Assembly: GCA_002104945.1 (NCBI GenBank)
Contig: MCFH01000006.1
Span: 868,001-932,000 of the forward strand
Length of the DNA stretch: 64,000 bases
Source: Piromyces finnis finn
Lineage: Eukaryota > Fungi > Neocallimastigomycota
Direction of reading: 5' to 3'
Under the pieces are notes generated by a model. The model was not told where the DNA came from, ran no database searches, and saw only the letters and a program-made list of their open reading frames with translations. Shown piece after piece: positions 33,284 through 44,947 of this stretch (its first letter is position 1; every line of letters begins with the position of its first letter). Made by a program: the position numbers and the translations under genes.

Positions 33284-33365
33284 ATGTTTTCCTTAAACAA
33301 TGTCGAAGGTTGCCTTTAAGGCAACAAAAATAAGATATTGTAGTTGGAAGAAAAGAGTGAAATAA
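33284..33365 (+). promoter_or_regulatory. Two overlapping uORFs (33284-33319, 33300-33365) and a GTTGCCT/AGGCAAC inverted repeat upstream of the cyclin
   Basis: uORF1 MFSLNNVEGCL*, uORF2 MSKVAFKATKIRYCSWKKRVK*, both with A at -3. Whether they lie in the mRNA is unknown. Confidence 0.45.
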
Positions 33366-33517
33366 AAAGAATAGTAATATATAAATTTATATTATTTATT
33401 CTCTTTATTTTATAATAAAAAAGAAAATAAAAGAGAAAAGATATAATAATAAAAATAAAATAAAAAAAAAAAACGACAAAATAATTATTTATTCTAGCAA
33501 AAAAATTAATAATCAAA

Positions 33518-35472
33518 ATGGATGCATTACAATTAATTCGTTCATACAAAACCTTAAATTTCATAAAAAATCTTAAAGAAAAAACAAATAATATAGAAAA
33601 CGTCAAATACAATAAAGACTATTTAGCCAATATTGAAAAGACCATTCATGATGAAGATATATTAGATGGTAAGTTATTAATATATTTTAATTGTAGTTAA
33701 TTGTTTATAATAATTTTATATGAGAAATTAAATTATAATAACCATTGGGTTAAATCATTTAATAATATATTATATATATTTTTTAAATTTATGATGTTAT
33801 AAATTTATAATATTTATATTTATTTAAAAAAGATATTGTTATCGCATTATTAAACTTTATTTGGCCAAGTGAACAAGAAAAAATACGAAGCCCTTCATTA
33901 AAGAAATTTATTAAATATGTTTTAAAGTTATCAAATGCAACAATTTCAATTTATATATCAAGCATTTATTATTTATTAAATTTAAAAGATAATAAAAGAT
34001 ATAATAATTTTTTACAAAGAATTCAATTAGAAATTGAAAATACGAAACAAGAACAAGGATTTATAAATAATGGTAATATTCATGAAAGATGCTGTTCATT
34101 ATGTGGTGCATACATTTCTTGTTATAAAAGTGAGACTATCGTTTGTAAATGTCGATTATTTCTTACTAGTTTAATTTTAGCTTCAAAATTTGGACAAGAT
34201 AAGAATTATTCAAATAAAGTATGGTCAAAGATATCACATTTTTCTGTAGAAAATATCAATTATAATGAAAGATTCTTTTTAAATTTAATAGAATATAAAT
34301 TATATATTGGTTTAGAAACATATCAATCCTTTGCATCATTAATTTCAAATCATATTGCAAATGTTGAAAGCCAAAAAAGGAAGAATTTACAAAAATTATT
34401 AAATATGTCTAAAATAAGTACTGATGTTAATAACACTCAAGAATGGAAAAAATATATGGAAAAGAAGAATTTAATATTGAAAAAGTTAAAACAATTAGAA
34501 GCAATAAAACAAGCTAAAATTAAGCTTATGAAGCGTCAAACTTTGGAATCAAGAAATTATGATATGCCTATACAAGATAACACTCAAAATTTATCACCAG
34601 TTGAAGTTAATAATAATTCATCAGATGATGTTCAAAATACTACAATGAAAAACATTCAAAAGCTCTCTCCAATAGATGATCAAACAGGATCTTATTTAAA
34701 AACTGAATTTATTAATCATAATAATATTACCAACAAACCAACAGATATTGCTGCTATTTCTCCAATTTCACCATCAGATTTACATAGTAAAAACATTAAC
34801 AATTTTAATACTAATACTAATGTAAATTATATACCAGAAAAGCAAGATCAAAATTTATCAGTTTTTTCTTTAAACTATCCAATGCAAGAACAAAAGGAAG
34901 TTAATAGACAACAATATATTTTCACACAAATGAAACAAGATAAATCAAAACAATTAACTATTGAAAACTTCTCAAGTTTTATGAATTTTTATAATTGTAT
35001 TAATAATAAGTTTTCTACTAGTCCAGAATTGTTAATAAAGTCCACAGATTCATACAGAATTTTAAATTATGCTATTACTTTAGCATGTTCCAAGAGAGCT
35101 AATGATGCTTTAAATATTTTAAATCATATTATTTATGGTACAATGGATATTTGTAAAGAAATTCTTTCATTAGCTCTTAAGGGCCATGTAAAAACTGCAT
35201 TAATTTATATTTACTTATTAACTCCAAATGAAATTCAATATTTTAATAAAAATCTTAAGGCACCACATTTAAAAATATTAACACCAAATGATGTATTATC
35301 AGTTGTTTCTATTTTATTAAATTGTGTTCAAAGAAAATCAATTCAAAATAATGAAATTAAAAATGATCTATTACCAAATCTTTGTAGCCAAAATCAAGTA
35401 AATATTACATCTGCACAAAACATTCTTTTAACATTTATCAATAATATTAATTGTAGTTTAAGTCATAATTAA
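33518..35472 (+). CDS. Pho85-type cyclin (PCL5/Clg1-like), exons 33518-33668 and 33833-35472, about 596 aa
   Basis: Cyclin box CRLFLTSLILASKFGQDKNYSNKVWSKISHFSVENINYNERFFLNLIEYKLYI. The GTAAGT...AG intron keeps frame into the 34405 ORF. Confidence 0.88.
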
Positions 35473-36319
35473 TATGTTGAAAATAATTTATCAATATATT
35501 AAGTTAAATTACAATAATTAAATAAACACAAAATTATATATATATATAAAACTATTGTAATTATAGTAATTTTTTTTCATATATTATAAATTACAATAGA
35601 AATTTAAAAATTACACACACATATATTCAGACATTTATAATAGTGATTTACTGTTATAAATATTAGAATTACATACATATTTATAGTTACCCATATTTTT
35701 TTTTCTATGTATTTTTTTTTTTTTTTTAAATTCTATTCTCTAACTTTTCTTTTTAATTACTATTATTGTTTTAAATTAAATATTTTTTAAGTTTTGTACT
35801 ATTTTATTTATTTATTTTTTTTTTCTTTTAATTAAATAAAGTAATTATCAAACAATCAAAGAAAAAAAAAAAAAATAAAACCAAACGAAATAGAATTAAT
35901 TTATTAAAATATATATATATATACATATAATTATATGTCTATATATTAAAAAAAAATGCAATAGAAAAAAAAATTATATATTTTTGATATTTTTGTTCAT
36001 TTTTTTTTAAAAAAAAATTCTGTATTCTACTATTATTTTATCATATTTAGTAATATTTAGATTGTTTTTCTATAATGTATAATATTTTAGCTATTTTTAC
36101 TAGTTATTATCTTGATAATTTTTATAATAAAAACCATAATTAACAAAAAAAAATTTTTATTCTTAATTTATTATTGGTGATAAGATAGTAATAATAAATT
36201 AATATAGTTTACATAAAAAAAATGTAATTCTTTTAGGATTTTTGAAAAGTGAATAATTTATATCTAGTAAGATTCTTCACAAGTTTTTTTTTTTTTTTTT
36301 TTTTAAATTTAATTTTAAA

Positions 36320-36401
36320 TATATATGTTCTATAATACTATAATTTTAATTAAAATAAAGGTTTTAAAATATTTAATGTTGTTAAAAAAAAAAAAAAAAA
36401 A
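36320..36401 (+). mobile_element. Old degenerate 3' end of the non-LTR family, with poly(A)
   Basis: tataattttaattaaaataaaggttttaaaatatttaatgttgtt(A)n resembles the family terminus tataattttaattaaattaataataaagtttaaaatatttgatgccgtt(A)n. Confidence 0.6.
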
Positions 36402-36427
36402 TCTTCAAAAGTTGGAGATCAGTAAAT

Positions 36428-36755
36428 CAATGCTGAAGAAACAGTAAGACAGGCCAGGAGGGCCAGCGCAACCAATGGAGATCATAATTTTGTTCCATGA
36501 CAAAATTTTGATCTTTGGCTCGGTGTCCCATTGGAAGTCAAATACAATTATTATACTTTAGTATAATAGTGGCTTTCTTACTTTAATTAAAATGACTGGA
36601 ATACATTATACCCAATTTTTATTCATTTGTGTTTATTTAAACCTATTTTTTTTTTATTTTTATTTTTAATTTTTTTATTACATGTATTATAATTTTAATT
36701 AAATTAATAATAAAGTTTAAAATATTTGATGCCGTTAAAAAAAAAAAAAAAAAAA
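36428..36755 (+). mobile_element. 5'-truncated non-LTR retrotransposon copy (3' 328 bp with poly(A))
   Basis: Near-identical (a handful of differences) to 38210-38539 in inverted orientation; poly(A) tail; TSD ATCAGTAAAT at 36418-36427 and 36756-36765. Confidence 0.92.
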
Positions 36756-36921
36756 ATCAGTAAATACTATTGGGAAAATGACTTTTACAAACCAATAGGT
36801 GTCCTTAAATCTGAAAAATACATGAGATTTATATTTAGATTTAAAATGTTCATAAAATCAATCTAAAATTTTTTGGGATCAGCCATATTAAATATAGATT
36901 TAAATTTGATGTGAAGAATCT

Positions 36922-36955
<34 letters not shown>

Positions 36956-37955
36956 GTCAGATACCTATTTGTTCTTATTGTAATAGTTACTAATTTTATT
37001 CACAGGGTTTTATTGTGCTCAAAATCTGATGAATTTAGAAACCAGTTCATTTTTTTTTTTTTTGTAGATAATATCTTTTTTTCACTGATTGTTCATGAAA
37101 AGTCGTTGAACATTCTAAATGATTCAAAAGATGACTTGAAGATAATCTTAACTTTTACGTATTGTGCATCCTCTCGGCGAAAATGCAATACTTGATATTT
37201 TAAACATTAAGTCGGGGAAAAAAGGCGCTTAAAAAATAATATTTCCAATCTCCTTTTTCGATAATCTTCTTTTCAGCCTTTTTTTTTTGTTATGGGGCTT
37301 GCGGAATTCTTTACTAATTTCATGCCGATTCCGGCTTTTACACAATAATCGATTTATATAGATACTACGAATAACATTAAGCTATATTGCTGAGAATGTC
37401 GACGTTGAATGTATAAGTCAGAGAAGAAATTCTAATAATAATTCACAAGGAATTATCATCATCATAGAATGAGAAAAGCTAAAAATCTTTTCGTCCTCTT
37501 TACTATATAGTTTTCTTTAAGTAATTTATTTAATAGTTTTATTTATATATGTATATTATCTTTTAATTAAATTATTAATAAATAAAATTACATATACCAA
37601 AGACTAAAAAAAAAAAAAGATAAATTGAAAATTATTCCTATAAGATTAATGATGGAAAAGATGGCTCATATTCAAAATTTTTTGATGTTTAGGAATTTTT
37701 AAAAGATATCCATTTTCTTATAATTTCTTTTAATTTCTATGTTGATGATATTATTAAAAGAGTATACTATTATTATGGTGGGTTTTCAGTAGATAATGTT
37801 GTTTTTTAGTGAAGATGATAATTCAAAAAAAAAAGGTTAAGGAATAAAACTTTTCAACAGTAATGATTCCTTTTTTTTTTATTTTATTTCATTTTATTTT
37901 TTTTTTTTTTTGAGCCAGAGCGATCTAATAATAAGAAAGACCCAGCCTGTTATCA

Positions 37956-38209
37956 TTATTTTAATTACTAATTATTACATTTATCAAGCGTATTATATGA
38001 AATGAATTATATCCAAAATTAATAATTGAAGTTTTGAAGGAATCTTTATTTTAATTACTAATTATTACATTTATCAAGCGTATTATATGAAATGAATTAT
38101 ATCCAAAATTAATAATTGAAGTTTTGAAGGAATCTTTATTTTAATTACTAATTATTACATTTATCAGGCGTATTATATGAAATGAATTATATCCAAAATT
38201 AATAATTGA
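37956..38209. repeat. 90-bp minisatellite, 3 units; the third is interrupted by the LINE and completed at 40051-40097
   Basis: ttatcaagcg recurs at 37981, 38071 and 38161 (ttatcaggcg in the third). Confidence 0.95.
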
Positions 38210-40049
38210 TTTTTTTTTTTTTTTTTTTTTTAAAGGCATCAAATATTTTAAACTTTATTATTAATTTAATTAAAATTATAATACATGTAATAAAAAAAAT
38301 AAATATAAAAATAAAAAAAATATGTTTAAATAAACACAAATGAATAAAAATTGGGTATAATGTATTCTAGTAATTTTAATTAAAGTAAGAAAGCCACTAT
38401 TATACTAAAGTATAATAATTGTATTTGACTTCCAATGGGACACCGAGCCAAAGATCAAAATTTTGTCATGGAACAAAATTATGATCTCCATTGGTTGCGC
38501 TGGTCCTCCTGGCCTGTCTTACTGTTTCTTCAGCATTGACGCTCTTGGATGTTGGATTTTGGTTAGAAGTTCCGCGGTTACCGTCAAGAATGGTGTTCCT
38601 TCATTAGTACCAGATTGAATCTGATGCTTACAAAGTTCTTTCCATTCCCTTGAATTGTAATTAATATTGTTAAAACTTCTTCCCCCAAGAAGGAATTTAA
38701 ATATTTTACTGCACACACTAGAATAATCATACACATTAATATTCACCGGATTATTAGAACTATTACTATTATTAACTAAATTACTATCTAAATTAGAATT
38801 ATTATCATCACTATTGCTATCATTACTAATATTATTATTTCTATTACTACTATTGTTATTATTACTATTTCTATTATTACTATTACTACTATTGTTATTA
38901 TTACTATTGTTATTATTACTATTGTTACTATTACTATTACTGTTATTGCTATCTCTACTGATATTAACATTTTCATTATTATTGATAGGACTATTGGAAT
39001 TACGTTGACTGAAAAAATTTAGTAGCTGGACTATGGAATCATAATGTTTAATACGGATATCTCTAAATGTTGGACAATCTAATAACCAATGTTTAATACT
39101 TTGAACACCACACTTGCAACATGGACAGTAGTTAGGACAAACTGGATCAACAAATTTAGCAGCTTTGGCAACTCTAGCATCCAACTTGTATCCGCTTCTT
39201 GCTTTCAATAGCCAGTAGAAGCCATAGGCAAACTCTGGGTATTCATAACATAATTTAATAAAATCTTTAGTTTCAATAAATTTATTATCATCATAATATT
39301 GCGCTTTGATTGAATTCCCTTTGAGATCTTTCCAATAAAAGTTTTTAACTGCTTTAACATCTCCATGTTTCTTTAGTTTTTTATCAAGTGTCCTACTTGA
39401 TTTGCACCACGTGTATTTTCTAAATTTAGGAATGTAATTGACGAGGCGTGAGATAATACAATTCGAGTTTTTCTATTTGTTAAAACATCTAACCTGAGCT
39501 AACGCACATTTGGCTGACAATGGAGGAATATTCAAATCTTTTGAGATAGAGTATAAAGATATAAACGATACAGCTTTATGAACTCCGGCAATCCATCGTA
39601 TTCCTTTGTTAACATGCTTCTGAGCAATCCTAGACCTAGCTTTGTTGGATCCAAGTAATGGTGCAAAGTATGAAACTCTACTGATTACTTGTGAGTTAAG
39701 TACTGGTTTTTTGAAAGGAATAGGAATATTAGGATTTCTTAAGAATTTACTGACTGAGAAAAGTCCTTTCAAAACCTTGTTATTAAGAGCTTTAATTACT
39801 GGTTTAAGGGACAAATTCTTATCAAATGGAACACCAAGATAAGCGTAGCAGTCAGTAGTTGGAATGGGTTGTCCTGCTAAGTAAAATGTTGGATCTCTCT
39901 TGTTCTGATTTTCTATTGATTCAGGACGAATCACCATCGTTGAACATTTCTGGATACCAAATTCCATTTCATTATACAATGTCCATTCAACTCTTCTAAG
40001 CATCTTTTTTTAAACATCCTCTTGTTGGAGCACAAATAACTATATCATC
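38210..40049 (-). mobile_element. 5'-truncated, pseudogenised non-LTR (LINE-like) retrotransposon, 1.84 kb
   Basis: Starts at the RT (A)DDIVI motif; KCSTMVI, YLGVPF; C-terminal CCHC knuckle CPCCKCGVQSIKHWLLDC; frameshifts and premature stops; poly(A); about 31-bp TSD gaaatgaattatatccaaaattaataattga (38179-38209, 40051-40081). Confidence 0.93.
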
Positions 40050-40832
40050 TGAAATGAATTATATCCAAAATTAATAATTGAAGTTTTGAAGGAATCTTTT
40101 TGTTATCTGCTAATTTTAAAAAAAAAATTATATATATTTCTATAAAAATAATTTCTCTACTTTTTTTTTTTTATTTTATTTCAATAAAATATATTGACCA
40201 ACTGTAAAGTATTTCAGTAAAGAAATAAAATGGATTTCTACTCAAAAATATAATTTTTTGAAGAAAAAAGATATAAACTTTTTTAATTATTTTATGTTAT
40301 TAATATTTTTCATTCATTCATTCATAAAAAAAAGGGCTTTTAAAATTTTTAAAATGGAAAATTATTAGAAAATTAAATACAAAATTATTAACTTTAAATA
40401 TTATAATAATTTTATTAAATATATTTAAGTATATTAATTACTTTTGATAATTTACATTATCAAATAATTTACATTTAAAATATAATATTGTTTTATAATA
40501 TAAAATATTTTCTATATTATATAAAATATTATTCATATAATAAAAAAATATTAAATAGTAATTTTATATATATATAAATGTTCATATATATATTATTATA
40601 GTTTTAAATAATATAACTTATAAACATATTATATATATAAAGTCTATAAGAAATATATATAATTGAATATATATATTATAACATTTTTTTTTCTATAAAA
40701 AAAAAAATACTGATTTAAATTATATTACAATTAATTAAATTATCAGTATATTTTTTTAATATTTGAAAAAAAAATTAATACTCTATTTTTTAATGTTTTT
40801 TAATACTATTTTCGAAAATAGTATTATTAAAT

Positions 40833-41882
40833 CTATAAGCTAATTAAATTAATAAAGACTTCTTCTTCTTCAGAAGATCCAGCTCTAACACCTCTAGTAA
40901 CAGTGGTGTGTTCATAACCTTCTTTATAAACATAGCTAATATCAACATTTGGACTAACACGGTTCATTTGCTTCATTAAATTTAAGGCAGATGATTCTAC
41001 TACTGTTTCATCTAATGATGTATAGAATAAGGTAAATTTCTTAGCACCAAGAGATTCTAAAGAGCCATCAGCAAATGGCTTAAAAAGATCAGTTGGTGAA
41101 ACATTCTTGGATTGGAAAACTAATTTGACAATGTTTTCAACAACTGAGTTTTCAGTTTCTTTTCCTAAGAATTTACGAACAATAGAATAATCATCGAAAT
41201 CATATGGACCATTTAATAAAACAACTTTTTCAAGCATTGGAAGTGGTTCTAATATTTCACCTTTGTTTGGATAACCTAATAAAGATTTGAAAATGGTTAA
41301 GGCAGTTAAATGAGAACCAGCAGAATAAGCAGAAATACTAATTCTGTTTGGATCACCACCATATTTTTCAATATTCTTGTAGGTCCATTGAATAGATTGG
41401 TAGATATCATCTACCATATCTTCAAATCCACCTTTTGGGAAAAGGACATAATTTGGTAAAACAGCGACATAATCATTTTCTTCTAAAAGAGAACCAAATT
41501 TAGTGAATTTAACCTTACTTCCAGAGTACCATGAACCACCAAATATGAAAAGAAAAACTGGCTTTAATTCACTAGTATTTTCTTTATCATAGTATACATC
41601 AAGAGTTCTTCCACTGTTGAATATAATATCACGTCTAAATTTAATTTTTAATAGTATTTATTAGTATTATTTAGTAAATATTTCAAAAATAATAACTTTT
41701 TATTAAGCTTACTCTATGTTTTGGAAGTTATTGTAATTTTCATTATCTCTAATTTGATCCTTTAATTCATTAATATAATTTTTGATAGGATTTGGAAAAG
41801 AGATAGATAAGGATAAGGCATTACATGAAATCAATGCACTTAAAACCAATAAGACAGATGTCACTAAAGATAAAGTCTTCAT
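40833..41882 (-). CDS. Secreted alpha/beta-hydrolase copy 3, exons 41882-41713 and 41634-40833, about 323 aa
   Basis: Signal peptide MKTLSLVTSVLLVLSALISCNA; FIFGGSWYSG; YGGDPNRISISAYSAG; SLDETV; GYEHTT; phase-2 GT-AG intron in NIE^RDI. Confidence 0.92.
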
Positions 41883-42730
41883 TTTTTTTTACTATTATTT
41901 TGTTTTGTTTTTTTTATTTCTTTAATAAAAGAATAAATTATTATATTTTTCTAATATTATATATAACTATTTATAATAATTTAAAGATAAAAAAGAGGAA
42001 AATTTTCATTCTTTATATAACTTTCAAAATATTATTTTATTTTGGTTTTAATTTTGTTTTTTTATTTAATTAATTTCTCTTTATTAACAATATTATCATC
42101 TGTAAATTGATAATATTATTAAATTATAATTATTTCATATTTAGATAGTATTATTTTATTAATTTCAATATTCATAGTTTTTTTTAATTTTAATATAAAT
42201 AGATTTTGTTTATAATTTTTTAATTAATTTTTTTTTTTATTTTTCTATAATAATACTTTTATTTGATTTGGTATTAATAATTATGATTATATTTTTAATA
42301 GTTTTTTTAAGATCATCATTTTTTCCCTTTTTGAATATAAATAAATAAGTTTATTTAATAAAGATTTTTATTTATTTTGTTTAAATCTATAAAAAAAAAA
42401 CTTTTTGATTGAAGACATTTTTTAATTAGATGAAATTTATTATTAATTTATTATTAATTTATAGCTAGCATTAAAATAAAAATAAATTTATTTTAAATAA
42501 TTATGGGTGGGTAATTGTAAATAATAATAAAAATTTATTATAATATCGTAACACAAAATTAATATTTATATATATAGGTTAAGGGATAATTAAATAAAAA
42601 AAATATTTATTTAAATTGTACAAAAGATAACAAACAATTTAAGTTCATATTAAAAGGTCAGAATATATAGAAAAATAATAACAAAATAGTTAATTGTAAA
42701 TGAAAAATAAATATGTAAATCGTATTGTTA

Positions 42731-42806
42731 TTACTATTTTAATACTAGTTCTATATAAATAAACATGATTACTATTTTAATACTAGTTCTATATAAATAA
42801 ACATGA
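42731..42806. repeat. 38-bp tandem duplication
   Basis: ttactattttaatactagttctatataaataaacatga x2. Confidence 0.9.
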
Positions 42807-42976
42807 AGTGAGTATTATTAAGTATTAATGGAAACAAAAAAAGTCTAGGGAAAATATATAATTAAATAAAAGTTAAAATACTTATCATATATCATATACA
42901 TCTTACATTTTTGTTATATATTTATCCTTTTTATTTATTATACTTATTATTATATCGTTATACTTAGTACTTTATC

Positions 42977-43186
<210 letters not shown>

Positions 43187-43806
43187 CTATTTTATTATCA
43201 TAATTATATTTATTATGTATTATGTTTATTAATAAGTTATTAATTTATTCATTGAATAATATTACTAATTTATATATATTAATTTTTTATTTTAATTATT
43301 ACAATATTTATAATTTATTTATATATTAATATTTTTTTAATAATTTATCCCTATCGTTATCATCATTATTATTCACTACTACTATTATTATATTATTATT
43401 CCTTATTATATTTCTCTTATAATTATCATTTAATTCCTTTATCATTATTTAATATTATATAATTATGTTTATTATTAAGTTATTGAATAAAATAAATAAT
43501 TTATATATTAATTTTTTATTTTAATAATTGCAATAATTATAACTTATTTATATGTTAATATTTTTAACAATAAATCAAAGTTATAAACCTGCTTTAAATA
43601 TATTATATTATAATAAATGCTATTTATATTACATCAAACATTTTTTTATCTTTATTTATTATTAAATAATTATTTTATTTAAAGGTATTTAATGCTTTTC
43701 TACGTTCTAATTTCTGATATAAAATTAAAATGATTATTTTATGAGGAAAATTTTAAATCTATAAATTTACTAAATTAATGATGATTACTTAAATGGTTAC
43801 TTATAT

Positions 43807-44947
43807 CTATAAATTTACTAAATTAATAAATACATTTTCTTCTTCAGCTGAACCAGCTCTAATACCTCGAGTAAGAGTAGTATGTTCATATCCTTCTTTA
43901 TAAACATAATTAATATTGACATTTGGACAAATACGTTTCATTTGTTTTATTAAATTTTGTGCTGAAGATTCTTTTACTTGTTTATCTAATGAAGTATAGA
44001 AAAATACAAATTTCTTAGCTCCAAGAGACTTTAATGATTTCATAGCATATGGCTTTAAGAGATCAGTTGGAGAAACATTTTTAGACCTGAATACTACTTT
44101 AGCAAGATTTTCAACTATTGAATTTTCACTTTCTTTTCCAAAATAATTATTAATTTCATAATAGTCATCAAAATCATATGGACCGTTTAATAAAACGACT
44201 TTTTCAAGCATTGGAAGTGGCTTTAATATTTTATTTTTGTTGGGATAACCTAATAATGATTTAAATATGGCTAATGCAGTTAAATGTGCACCAGCGGAAT
44301 ATGCTGATATACTAATTCTATTTGGATCACCTCCATATTTTTTAATATTTTTATGAGTCCATTGAATAGCATTGTAGATATCATCTACCATGTCTTCAAA
44401 TCCACCCTGTGGAAAAAGGACATAATTTGGCAAAACAGCAACATAATCATTTTTTTCTAAAAGAGAACCAAATTTAGTGAATTTAACTTTACTTCCAGAA
44501 TACCATGAACCGCCAAAAACGAAAATATTAACAGGCTTTAATTTACTTTTTGTAATTATATCAATCTTATCATAATAGATATCAAGTGTTCTATCTTTAT
44601 TGAAGATAATATCACGTCTTATAAAAATATAAAATTATATTTTAATATGTATTTTATTATACGATAATAATAATAATAATAATAAAAATTTTTAATATAT
44701 TGATAATAATTTAATTGGGAATATAGTAAATATATACATACTCTATATCCAATTCATTATGATAATTCTTACTATCTCTGTTTTCATCTTCTTTTTCATT
44801 AAGAAAACTTTTAATTGGTGATGTAATAGTTTCTATACCTTTGTTTATAAAATTCTTAATTGAAGAAAAGTTAATTAAAGAAGCATTACAATAAAGTAAA
44901 AAGTTTAAAACTAATAAAAGAGTTGTAGTTAAAGAAAAGATTTTCAT
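43807..44947 (-). CDS. Secreted alpha/beta-hydrolase copy 4, exons 44947-44742 and 44617-43807, about 338 aa
   Basis: Signal peptide ending YCNA; FVFGGSWYSG; AYSAGAH; SLDKQV; GYEHTT; same intron position as copy 3. Confidence 0.92.

Noticed and set aside
26042-33612. Short K/N/I/F-rich ORFs in the 24-33 kb spacer (26042, 27131, 27291, 32822, 32845, 33316)
   Set aside because: Composition mirrors AT-rich background; no motifs or splice-consistent extension found.
36432-36545. Hammerhead or HDV-like ribozyme in the LINE 3' end (CTGAAGA present)
   Set aside because: No stem II followed by GAAA, and I could not build the HDV nested double pseudoknot.
37956-38209. CRISPR-like array
   Set aside because: Units are near-identical 90-mers with no unique spacers; eukaryotic context and no cas genes.
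36428-38539. TIR DNA transposon or MITE bounded by 330-bp inverted repeats
   Set aside because: Each repeat has its own poly(A) and its own TSD, so they are independent retro-insertions.
43757-43827. About 23-bp duplicate of the last codons and stop of esterase copy 4
   Set aside because: Small local duplication in the 3' flank with no evident consequence.
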